DNA of 64,000 bases, taken from the NCBI GenBank assembly GCA_046497275.1, contig JAWOFX010000054.1, positions 3,880 to 67,879 on the forward strand, read 5' to 3'. This DNA is from Promethearchaeia archaeon. GTDB taxonomy: Archaea; Asgardarchaeota; Lokiarchaeia; Sigyniarchaeales; SOKP01. Positions within the stretch are counted from its first letter, which is position 1. Every line of letters begins with the position of its first letter. Shown piece after piece: positions 17,673 through 26,249 of this stretch. The position numbers and the translations under genes are program-made. The notes beneath the pieces were generated by a model. It was not told where the DNA came from, ran no database searches, and saw only the letters and a program-made list of their open reading frames with translations.

Positions 17673-19838
17673 TTGGAGGTAAATTTAATGTCGAAACCTG
17701 ATAGAGAAATTGGAAATTTTACTTTAAAAGCAATTGCACTTGATACTGGAGGGACTATGACGGATGCATTTATTATTGATGATAAAGGGAATTTTTCAGT
17801 AGGGAAAGCGGTTACCACTCCAGAAGAAGAATCTAAAGGTATATTAAACTCTATTAATGATTCTTTAATTCCTTGGAAAATTACCATTGATCAAGCTGGT
17901 GGGGGTGTTGATGCATTGGTATATTCAGGTACAGCTATGTTGAACCGTTTATTAGAAAGAGAAGGAAATTCTAATATTGGAGTTATAATAAATGCAGGTT
18001 TTGAAGATTTACATAGATTAGGAAGAGCTCTTCAGTGTTGGATATGGCTTGATTATGGAGGACGTCTACATGCTCGTGAACATGAACATCCTGAACCTCT
18101 AATATCTCATAAGAATATCAAAGGTGTGAGAGGGCGAATTAATTTTTGGGGTGAAGAACTCATTCCCTTATATAAAGACGAAGCAGAAAGGGCTGTGAAT
18201 GAATTATTAGATATGGGAGTTGATAGTATATGTGTATGTTTATTGTGTTCTTATATGAATCCTCGACAAGAAAAGGCAGTCGCGAGAATCGCTAAAAAAG
18301 CAATGAAAAAACGAGATATTGATATACCTATAGTCTTATCTAGTGAGCATAATCCGGTAAGAGGAGAAACCCCTCGATTGAACGCATTAATAATTGAACA
18401 ATATGCTGCTGAGCCTTCTCGAGCTCAAATGATTGATATTGCAGAAAAGCTTAAAAATAAGGGAGTAACAGCACCATTAAGGATATTAACTTCATATGGA
18501 GGAACGATTTCTCCTTATCATAAAACTCTTATTCCTACAATGGTTTCAGGACCAATAGGAGGGATGATTGGGACAAAGTTTCTCGCTGAGACCTATAATA
18601 TTACTAATTTAGTTTCTTCAGATGTGGGTGGAACAAGCTTCGATGTAGGTATTTTAAGTCAACGATATATACCTACTAAATGGGAATCTAGTCTAGGAAG
18701 ATTTATATTAAATATTCCAATGATCGCATTAGATTCAATTGGAGCAGGTACGGGAATGTATGTAAGATATAATGATATTTCAGGCAGATTAGAATTTGGA
18801 CCTGAAAGCGCTGGTCATTTAATAGGTGTATGTAATGAGAATTCAGGAGTAGAAATTGTTACAATGACAGATTGTAGTTTAATTTTAGGCTATATAAATC
18901 CAGAATACTTTTTAGGGGGTAGAATTAAATTAAATAAAGAGAGAGCCTATGAATACATTGAAGAGCAGCTAGCAGAGCCTTTAAATGCTGATGCATATAG
19001 TACTGCACGAGGTTCTTTAGATTTAATCGAAATTAATATGAGAAACCACCTTAATGGAATGATTCAAGGATTAGGGTTTAGACCAGAAAATTATACTTTA
19101 GTATCTTTCGGAGGAGGGGGACCATTACATGTGGCAGGATATGCAAGTGGTCTGAAATTTGAAAATATAATGATACCAGAATGGGCTCCTGCATTTAGTG
19201 CATTTGGCTGTGCGTGTGCCGATCATTCTTACCGTCATGAAAAATCCGTTGATTTAATAATCACTCCTTCAGGAGATCTAAATGCTGCTGTCGCGATGAT
19301 GCTTAATGCTACATGGTCAGAACTCAAGAAAGATATTATAAAGGAATTTAAAAAAGAAGGAAGGGATCCAGAGGAGATGGTATTTCAACCGTCCTTACGG
19401 ATTCAATACTTAGGTATGTTAGATGATTTAGAGGTTGAATCTCCTTTTGAGGTTGTTAAAGAAGAAGATCTATCAGTCCTTACAAAAAAATATGATGATC
19501 TTTTCGAACAAATATTTAGAAGAGGTACCAAAAGCCCAGAACTGGGTTATCATATAACCAAAGCTGTTGCAACAGGCATAGTTCCTGTACCCAAACCTAA
19601 ACTACCAGATGATCAAGAGATGGGTAAAACTCCTCCTGAAAAAGCATCGAAAGGATATAGGGATATCTTTTGGGAAGGAGGATGGCATGAGGCTTCCCTT
19701 TGGGAAATGAGTCTGCTGCAGTGTGGTAATATAATTGATGGTCCATCAGTTATTGAAGCACCTGCTACTACCCTTCTTGTGCCTCCAGGATACCGTGTTA
19801 AACTAGATAATCATAGAATTTTTCATATGGAGGTGTGA
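17673..19838 (+). CDS. acxA: Hydantoinase A/oxoprolinase family, acetone-carboxylase beta-subunit-like
   Basis: 721 aa. Actin-fold ATPase-type motifs (LDTGGTMTD, SDVGGTSFDVG, SFGGGGPLH). GGAGGT RBS. First gene of a three-gene operon with B- and gamma-type subunits. Confidence 0.75.
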   Translation: MEVNLMSKPDREIGNFTLKAIALDTGGTMTDAFIIDDKGNFSVGKAVTTPEEESKGILNSINDSLIPWKITIDQAGGGVDALVYSGTAMLNRLLEREGNSNIGVIINAGFEDLHRLGRALQCWIWLDYGGRLHAREHEHPEPLISHKNIKGVRGRINFWGEELIPLYKDEAERAVNELLDMGVDSICVCLLCSYMNPRQEKAVARIAKKAMKKRDIDIPIVLSSEHNPVRGETPRLNALIIEQYAAEPSRAQMIDIAEKLKNKGVTAPLRILTSYGGTISPYHKTLIPTMVSGPIGGMIGTKFLAETYNITNLVSSDVGGTSFDVGILSQRYIPTKWESSLGRFILNIPMIALDSIGAGTGMYVRYNDISGRLEFGPESAGHLIGVCNENSGVEIVTMTDCSLILGYINPEYFLGGRIKLNKERAYEYIEEQLAEPLNADAYSTARGSLDLIEINMRNHLNGMIQGLGFRPENYTLVSFGGGGPLHVAGYASGLKFENIMIPEWAPAFSAFGCACADHSYRHEKSVDLIITPSGDLNAAVAMMLNATWSELKKDIIKEFKKEGRDPEEMVFQPSLRIQYLGMLDDLEVESPFEVVKEEDLSVLTKKYDDLFEQIFRRGTKSPELGYHITKAVATGIVPVPKPKLPDDQEMGKTPPEKASKGYRDIFWEGGWHEASLWEMSLLQCGNIIDGPSVIEAPATTLLVPPGYRVKLDNHRIFHMEV

Positions 19839-22057
19839 AAATGGATAAAAACGAAATTGGTTGGGATGGAAAAAGCTTAATAGAAATGTTTGAAGAAAGT
19901 GAAAAATTAATCAATGAAACGGGAAAATATTATGGCATAGATATATTAAGTTTGAAAGAGAGGAACCCATTTAGATATGAGAGATCATATGCGAGCTTAA
20001 GGGGTGCGTTAGTGTCTGCAAGGGAGACAGCATTACATATTGCTGCTTCGCCTATTGTGAAAGAAATTGGTGAATTATGTTTTGCTTTATATACTCCAGA
20101 AGGCGACTCCATAGTAGTTTCAACGGGTATACTCGTTCACGTTCATACTATGAGTGAAGCGATAAAATTTATGATACAACAGGATTATGAAGATGACCCT
20201 GGGATAAATCCCGGAGATATTTTTTTAAATAATGATCCAGAATGCGGAAATGTTCATACTACAGATGTACAAACTATCATACCCATTTTCTGGAGGGATG
20301 AATTAATTGGATGGGCTGGTGGGGTCACACATCAAATCGATTCAGGGGGTATTACTCCGGGTCATGATCTAGTTGCAGCAATTCAAAGATTTGATGATGG
20401 AGTATATTATACGTGCCGAAAAATTGGATCAAATGATAAAATTTGGAAAGATCATATGATCAATGCTCGCCGATCGGTAAGAACACCATTATACTGGGAA
20501 CTTGATGAGAAATGCAGATTAGCCGGTAATCTTATGATTAGAGATGCAGTACTAGATTTTATAGAGAAAGAAGGAATTGATTATTATAAACAGTTTATAA
20601 GAGAAGCAATTGAAGAAGGAAGAAGAATCGTCTTAAAAAGAGTAAAAGAGCGATTAATACCCGGTAGATATCGAGCAGCATCTTTTTTTGATGTACCATT
20701 CAAAGAAGAAGCGTGGCAACCTAAAGCTAAAGTAGATAAAGTAACAAATGAGCCAATTGAAATAATTATTGATAAAGATGGCAGACTTTCAATAGATTTT
20801 GAAGGGGCTAGTGGACCAGGTCCAAATCCTATGAATTGTGGAAAAGGAGCAATGGAAGGAGGTCAATGGGTTTTACTAACTCAAATATTAATTTACGGAG
20901 ATAAAGTTAATGATGGAGCATATTTTGCAGTTGAAAAAAATTATCCCTTAGGAACTTGGTGTAATCCAGGCGATCCATATTTAAGTTATCAAAGCCCTTG
21001 GGGAAATCTTATTCCAGCCTATACTGGGATGATGAAATGCCTTTCTTTTGGATTATACTCTCGTGGATATCGTGAAGAGGTTGTCCCAGGGTATGGATTT
21101 ACGGGTGATGCTATACAAGGCGGTGGGATTTACTCGAGTGGGCCATTAAAGGGAGATAGATGGGCTTTATCTACTTTTGAGATTAGTGGGCAAGGTCTAG
21201 GTGCTAGTGCTGTGAGAGATGGGCTGGACTGGGGATATGCGATGTGGAATCCTGAATCAGATTTAGGAGATGTTGAAACATGGGAGTTATTTCAAGGAGG
21301 GATTCCTTATTTATCTCGAAAAGTAAAGCCTAACACGGCGGGACATGGTAAATATAGAGGTGGGGCAAATTATGCTGGTGTAGCGATGATTGCAAATTCA
21401 GAAGATGTGGACTTTTTTGGAGCGCGAGAGGGAATGGTATTCCATGGATCAGGAGGAATGCATGGCGGTTATCCCCATGGAACAGGATATAGATTAATTG
21501 CTAAAAACACAAATTTTAAAGAAATTATTGATAACCAAGAAGAATATCCTTTAGGAGATCCGGATCCAAGTAACGGTGAATTTGAAAGATTATTAAAAGG
21601 TGATATCATTAGAAAACCTTATTCTTCAATATACCCTGTGACATTAGAAAATTATGACTTAGTTCACTATGCTTTAAGTGGAGGACCTGGATATGGTGAT
21701 CCTTTGGAAAGACGTCTTGATAAGGTACGACAAGATTTGAATGATGGAATATATACTGATGATATTGTTTATAATGTCTATGGGGTAAAAGCGGGATATA
21801 ATGAACATGAAAAAAGCTGGAGTATTAATGATGAGAAAACAGAACAAAGACGTGAGGATTTGAGAAATGAACGAAAAGAGAGATCAATGACCTATGAAGA
21901 ATTTTGGAAGTATGAAAGAGATAAGATAACAGAAAACAAATTGACTGAACCGGTAAAAAGAATGTATTCTGAGAGTTTAAACCTTTCAGAAAAATGGAAA
22001 AGATTATTCATCGAATATTGGGAATTACCAGAAGATTTCAAATTGGAGGTGAAATGA
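19835..22057 (+). CDS. acxB: Hydantoinase B/oxoprolinase family, acetone-carboxylase alpha-subunit-like
   Basis: 740 aa. Start overlaps the upstream stop (GTGTGA; alternative ATG at 19841). Long hydantoinase_B-type sequence (GGVTHQIDSGG, GGANYAG...). Confidence 0.75.
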   Translation: MKMDKNEIGWDGKSLIEMFEESEKLINETGKYYGIDILSLKERNPFRYERSYASLRGALVSARETALHIAASPIVKEIGELCFALYTPEGDSIVVSTGILVHVHTMSEAIKFMIQQDYEDDPGINPGDIFLNNDPECGNVHTTDVQTIIPIFWRDELIGWAGGVTHQIDSGGITPGHDLVAAIQRFDDGVYYTCRKIGSNDKIWKDHMINARRSVRTPLYWELDEKCRLAGNLMIRDAVLDFIEKEGIDYYKQFIREAIEEGRRIVLKRVKERLIPGRYRAASFFDVPFKEEAWQPKAKVDKVTNEPIEIIIDKDGRLSIDFEGASGPGPNPMNCGKGAMEGGQWVLLTQILIYGDKVNDGAYFAVEKNYPLGTWCNPGDPYLSYQSPWGNLIPAYTGMMKCLSFGLYSRGYREEVVPGYGFTGDAIQGGGIYSSGPLKGDRWALSTFEISGQGLGASAVRDGLDWGYAMWNPESDLGDVETWELFQGGIPYLSRKVKPNTAGHGKYRGGANYAGVAMIANSEDVDFFGAREGMVFHGSGGMHGGYPHGTGYRLIAKNTNFKEIIDNQEEYPLGDPDPSNGEFERLLKGDIIRKPYSSIYPVTLENYDLVHYALSGGPGYGDPLERRLDKVRQDLNDGIYTDDIVYNVYGVKAGYNEHEKSWSINDEKTEQRREDLRNERKERSMTYEEFWKYERDKITENKLTEPVKRMYSESLNLSEKWKRLFIEYWELPEDFKLEVK

Positions 22058-22058
22058 A

Positions 22059-22556
22059 TTGCCGAAATATGATAAAAGAACATTAGAGAGATTGATCGAA
22101 GGTGATTTAAAATGGGAAGAATTAAAACCTATTATTTCAGGGGATAAGGATACAAATAGATTTGATATGATCTTAGAAATACTTCAAGAAAAAGTTCCGT
22201 GGGAAGAAAAAATCATTTTACCGCTTCATGAACACCTTTATATTGTAGCGAAAGATGGTAATAGGATTGTTAAATGTGATTGCGGATATGAATTTGGAGA
22301 TTACAAGGAAAATTGGAAGAAAAAATGCCGAATCCATGTCAGAGATAAGATTGAAGATATAGAAGAACTCTATCCAAAAGATATGGGGTGCGATCCAGAT
22401 TGGATGGAAATTAGAGAATATTATTGTCCGGGATGTTTCACTTTATTAGAGGCAGAAAGCGTCCCTCCAGGATATCCTTTAGTTTTCAACTTCTTACCAG
22501 AAATAGATGTGTTTTATAAAGAATGTTTAGGAAAAAAGGCTCCAGATAAAGAATAA
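22059..22556 (+). CDS. acxC: Acetone carboxylase gamma-subunit family protein
   Basis: 165 aa. ILQEKVPWEEKIILPL, CDCGYEF...W, IREYYCPGCFTLLEAESVPPGYPLVFNFLPEIDVFY closely follow the AcxC pattern as I remember it (ILQERMPWDDKIILPL ... IREYFCPECGTL ... F.PDIEGFY). Confidence 0.85.
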   Translation: MPKYDKRTLERLIEGDLKWEELKPIISGDKDTNRFDMILEILQEKVPWEEKIILPLHEHLYIVAKDGNRIVKCDCGYEFGDYKENWKKKCRIHVRDKIEDIEELYPKDMGCDPDWMEIREYYCPGCFTLLEAESVPPGYPLVFNFLPEIDVFYKECLGKKAPDKE

Positions 22557-22576
22557 TAAACAAATTAATATTAACT

Positions 22577-22600
22577 TCTTTTTTTATTTTATTTTATTTT
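22577..22600 (+). terminator. Oligo-T tract downstream of the acx-like operon
   Basis: tctttttttattttattttatttt begins about 20 nt after the stop. Confidence 0.35.
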
Positions 22601-22619
22601 GAAGAATCTTTAAAAAATT

Positions 22620-22897
22620 TTAGAAATTTAATTCATATTGCTTTTTCTCATCATAAATACTTTTTAATTTAACCTTTTTCAATCGTTTTAATATTTCTCG
22701 TTGATTATCTTTTTTATCAAATATTTTTGGAATATTTTTCCTAAACTCATGATATTGCCATAGGCTATTTGATGAAAAAAATCATCCTCTTCAAAATTAA
22801 GTGCGAAAATATTTGCTATTCCTTCGATCGCCTTTTGTATATCTTTTATCGATTTAATAGGATCAATGACTTTTTTAATATTGCTTCGACAATCAGT
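22620..22897 (-). pseudogene. Degraded paralogue of the small gene at 24115..24396 (no start codon, internal frameshift)
   Basis: The minus strand reads ...KKVIDPIKSIKDIQKAIEGIANIFALNFEEDDFFHQIAYGNIMSL, then after a frame change KNIPKIFDKKDNQREILKRLKKVKLKSIYDEKKQYELNF*. This is collinear with INSLKSISDMKEAIKGLAKIFEMSLDEDDFFRTAAYDNITILAKNIPKIFENLENKSKILKELKQVKL of 24115..24396. Confidence 0.55.
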
Positions 22898-23119
22898 TTA
22901 AATTAATATATAAATGTTCTCAATGCGGAAGTTTTCAAAAAATCTTACTCGATACCAATCTTGCATCTGGGAAATAAAGAATTTCAAATGTTCAAAATGC
23001 GGCGGAACAACAGTAATTCTAAAAGATTTTAAAATTGCCTAAAAATCTTCTAATTTTTAGCCTTTTTTTTTTATGGAATTTGCCAAAATTTATATTAGGT
23101 TGGTTTTATATTCCTATCG

Positions 23120-23716
23120 TTGAAAATGTTTAGAAAAGGAAAAGAACTTGTAAAAAAATTGAAAGAAGCAGAAAAAAATTTGGAAAAATATCGTATTAAA
23201 CATACCGTAGAAAAGGCAAAAAACCTAAATTTATCTTTTAAATTAGAACCTTTCTCTAAATACAAACTTCGGGTATACGGAGAGAATAGCATAGGTAAAG
23301 CCTTAACCTCTGGGGGTGTAGGAGCGGAGAAAGTTGTAAGCGTAGAACCTATTTATGTTGTAGGGGAATTCACTATTTGGGTGGATGGAAAAAAATACGA
23401 TACCTTTAAATTTAATAAATCAGGAACTAGTTCTGAATTAACTCGTACAGTAATTCAAGGCTCAAAACTATATGATTTTAAACCCACAGAAGAAACTGAG
23501 ATAACCATCGAGGGTACTAGGTATAAAGGAAAACATCTTGGCGTCGAGATATTTAAAGACATTCCAGAACACATAGAATTGGACGTAGAGGAAGAAATGG
23601 AGCAAGCAAAAGATTATACGAAAAACCTTATGCGTCAACTGAAGATACTACTTACTATTGCGGCAATCGTTCTTACTGGCTTGATTGTTACCTTTATAAT
23701 TCTCATAGCAATTTAG
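23120..23716 (+). CDS. Hypothetical tail-anchored protein
   Basis: 198 aa (TTG at 23120, ATG at 23126). Lys-rich N-terminus, beta-rich middle, single C-terminal TM (ILLTIAAIVLTGLIVTFIILIAI). Confidence 0.45.
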   Translation: MKMFRKGKELVKKLKEAEKNLEKYRIKHTVEKAKNLNLSFKLEPFSKYKLRVYGENSIGKALTSGGVGAEKVVSVEPIYVVGEFTIWVDGKKYDTFKFNKSGTSSELTRTVIQGSKLYDFKPTEETEITIEGTRYKGKHLGVEIFKDIPEHIELDVEEEMEQAKDYTKNLMRQLKILLTIAAIVLTGLIVTFIILIAI

Positions 23717-23897
23717 ATTTTGGAATAATGATCTAAGATCTTATCTTTTTTTTTGATTCTTTTATACCTCAGAAATAAGATATATCTTAGTTCCAATCTT
23801 TAGAATTTATCATAGAAAAAAATAAACTAATTTCTCCATTATTATAAATGTAAAATCTTTGAAAAAATTGAAACTTTGAAGTTATGAGAAAATCTAA

Positions 23898-23983
23898 CCA
23901 TACGAATTACAGTTTTCAACCTCTTGCCTGAGATAGATGTATTTTATGAAGATTGTTTAGGAAAGAAAGCTCCAGACAGATAA
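23898..23983 (+). pseudogene. Relic of an acxC 3' end (gene fragment)
   Basis: agttttcaacctcttgcctgagatagatgtattttatgaagattgtttaggaaagaaagctccagacagataa (VFNLLPEIDVFYEDCLGKKAPDR*) parallels 22481-22556 of the intact gene (VFNFLPEIDVFYKECLGKKAPDKE*). No upstream coding sequence. Confidence 0.7.
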
Positions 23984-24114
23984 TTTATAAATAATTATTA
24001 ATTCATTATTTTCTTTTTTTTACCTTAAGATATATCATTATATCGAACATCCAAAGAAGAAGTAGAAATTATTTCCAATTTTTATTTATTATTATTTGAA
24101 AGAAACGAATAATA

Positions 24115-24396
24115 TCACTTTAAAAAATTACTAAAAGGTTTCTTTTTTTGATATTGATTTAATTTAACCTGTTTAAGTTCTTTTAGTATTTTTGATTTGT
24201 TTTCCAAGTTTTCAAATATTTTTGGGATATTTTTTGCTAAGATGGTGATATTATCATATGCTGCGGTACGAAAAAAGTCGTCTTCATCAAGACTCATCTC
24301 AAATATTTTTGCTAATCCTTTGATTGCTTCTTTCATATCACTTATTGATTTTAAAGAATTAATGGTTTCCATGGAATCAACTTGTTCAGAATTCAT
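24115..24396 (-). CDS. Small helical hypothetical protein
   Basis: 93 aa. Has a decayed paralogue at 22620..22897. Confidence 0.45.
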   Translation of the reverse strand: MNSEQVDSMETINSLKSISDMKEAIKGLAKIFEMSLDEDDFFRTAAYDNITILAKNIPKIFENLENKSKILKELKQVKLNQYQKKKPFSNFLK

Positions 24397-24633
24397 TTTT
24401 AAAAAGCTTTTTATTTATTCTTATGATATTATAAATACTAATTGTATAAAAATGTGCAGAAAAAGGTATTAATCTTTATATAGTCATGACTCTTTTCATC
24501 ACTTTCACTAATATTTTGCATATAAAAAAATCATAAAAATTTAATACTGTTCCATTTTAAATACTGATTCAAATGCTTATTGATATAATTTTAGGATAAA
24601 ATTTTAGAATTTTACATTATTTGTGTATATAAT

Positions 24634-25032
24634 ATGGAAGAAAACAATAAAGAAGAAACAACAATAAAGGAGTATATTGGTCCCGGATTGGGATTAATTG
24701 GAGGGATAATGCTTCTTTTGGTTTCTATTCTCTTTTTCTCAGAATATAGTCTTATATTAGAATTTTATCCTTTATTAATAGTTCCAGAAATAATCACTCC
24801 TATTTTGGCAATTAGTGCCATTATTTCTTCATTATTGACTATGAATAGAAGGAGCTATGGAAAATTTATTCTTTTTTTTGTAGGAATAGTTGCTTGTATC
24901 ACCAATTTCATCCCAATTCAAACTATACCTATTGATGGTGGAATGTTGAATATAACAATAAGCGGAAACTTTTTTATTATTGATCCTCTCCTTGTTGCTG
25001 TGGGGGGTCTTTTTAGCCTGTTTTTTAATTAA
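24634..25032 (+). CDS. Small membrane protein (about 4 TM)
   Basis: 132 aa, hydrophobic. No family recognised. Confidence 0.45.
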   Translation: MEENNKEETTIKEYIGPGLGLIGGIMLLLVSILFFSEYSLILEFYPLLIVPEIITPILAISAIISSLLTMNRRSYGKFILFFVGIVACITNFIPIQTIPIDGGMLNITISGNFFIIDPLLVAVGGLFSLFFN

Positions 25033-25113
25033 GATTAAAAAATCAATCTTTATTTTGAAGATCTAATTTTTAAATAAAGTAAAAAGAGGATTAAGAAAGA
25101 TGTTCTTTCATCA

Positions 25114-26178
25114 TTATTTCAAAAGGAGATCCCAATCCAATGTATCTTTAACTAAATCAACAACAATATCAATTTCGTCCTCTTGTATTCCAGGTTTTAT
25201 TTTTTCCATATTCCTAAGGGTAGTATAAGTATCAGAAGGACTAAGAATAATCGGAATATTTTTATTGTTAGCGGCAGTAATTACGGAAGTGTCAGGTTTA
25301 ATAAATCCCGTTAAGATCAAGCAAGACACATCCTCATTAAGAGCAGTGAGAAGAAGATCAGACCTGTCACCTCCAGTAATAAACGCAACATTTTTGACCT
25401 GTCGTAAATATTTTAAAGCCGATTGGGGACCCATAGCTCCCACTAAATAAGTTTCTGCTCGATTTTCGAGGGCAGACGAAGCAGCTTCATTTATTAATGT
25501 TCCTCCAATTGACTCTTTGATCTCTGATACGCGTGGAGCTAATAATTTTAGACTTTTTCCTACAATTCCAATTATAGGAATGTCATATCTTTCAATATGT
25601 TCTTCTTTTAATTCTTTAATTCTGGCGAAATATTCATGATCAATCTTATTAAAAATAATTCCTTTAATTTTGATGTTTCGATAATCAAAATATTTCTTAG
25701 TAAAGAACAAATTATCGATACATTTATCTGACGATTCCGTTTCAATGTATACTAATTCATTTATAGCTAATGCTTGAGCAATACTTACATCATCTACCCC
25801 TACACGTATATATTTCTTTATACTTTGAGCGCCCTCTATTATGATATAATCATATTGCTTTTGAGCCTCTTGGTATGCGTTTTTAATATCATTCAGAAAA
25901 ATTTCCTTTTGGTCAGCATTAATAAGATCGATATAATAACATTCTGGAATTGAAATTGGAGAGAGTATATCATATGGAAGTTCTGTAATATCTACACAAC
26001 TTTGCAAGAATCCCACATCAGTATCTGCTTTATTGGTAAACGTTGATTTTGGGATTCCAATAGGTTTAAAATACCCAATTTTTTTACCTTCTTTTTTCAA
26101 TTTCTGTATAATACCGACAGAAAGTAAAGTTTTTCCCACTCTCTCGTTTAATGAACATAAATAAATTCCTTTAGCCAT
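25114..26178 (-). CDS. Phosphotransacetylase N-terminal-like protein (BioD/CobQ-like P-loop domain plus DRTGG domain), lacking a PTA catalytic domain
   Basis: N-terminus GIYLCSLNERVGKTLLSVGIIQKLKKEGKKIGYFKPIG. C-terminal half has ITGGDRSDLLLTA (DRTGG signature). 354 aa, too short to include the Pta catalytic domain. Confidence 0.6.
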   Translation of the reverse strand: MAKGIYLCSLNERVGKTLLSVGIIQKLKKEGKKIGYFKPIGIPKSTFTNKADTDVGFLQSCVDITELPYDILSPISIPECYYIDLINADQKEIFLNDIKNAYQEAQKQYDYIIIEGAQSIKKYIRVGVDDVSIAQALAINELVYIETESSDKCIDNLFFTKKYFDYRNIKIKGIIFNKIDHEYFARIKELKEEHIERYDIPIIGIVGKSLKLLAPRVSEIKESIGGTLINEAASSALENRAETYLVGAMGPQSALKYLRQVKNVAFITGGDRSDLLLTALNEDVSCLILTGFIKPDTSVITAANNKNIPIILSPSDTYTTLRNMEKIKPGIQEDEIDIVVDLVKDTLDWDLLLK

Positions 26179-26249
26179 TGTTATCTTCTCTAATTTTTTA
26201 TTTTTAATCTATTTTATTATTTTATAAATTCTTTAATATTTTTATCAAT

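Noticed and set aside
22914-23042. 42-aa ORF ending ...FKCSKCGGTTVILKDFKIA*, with a second KCSQCGS motif just upstream in another frame (a possible small zinc-ribbon gene).
   Set aside because: The two CxxC halves are in different frames, and the in-frame ORF has only one CxxC pair. It is probably a decayed zinc-ribbon gene or a chance ORF, with not enough support to call it a CDS.
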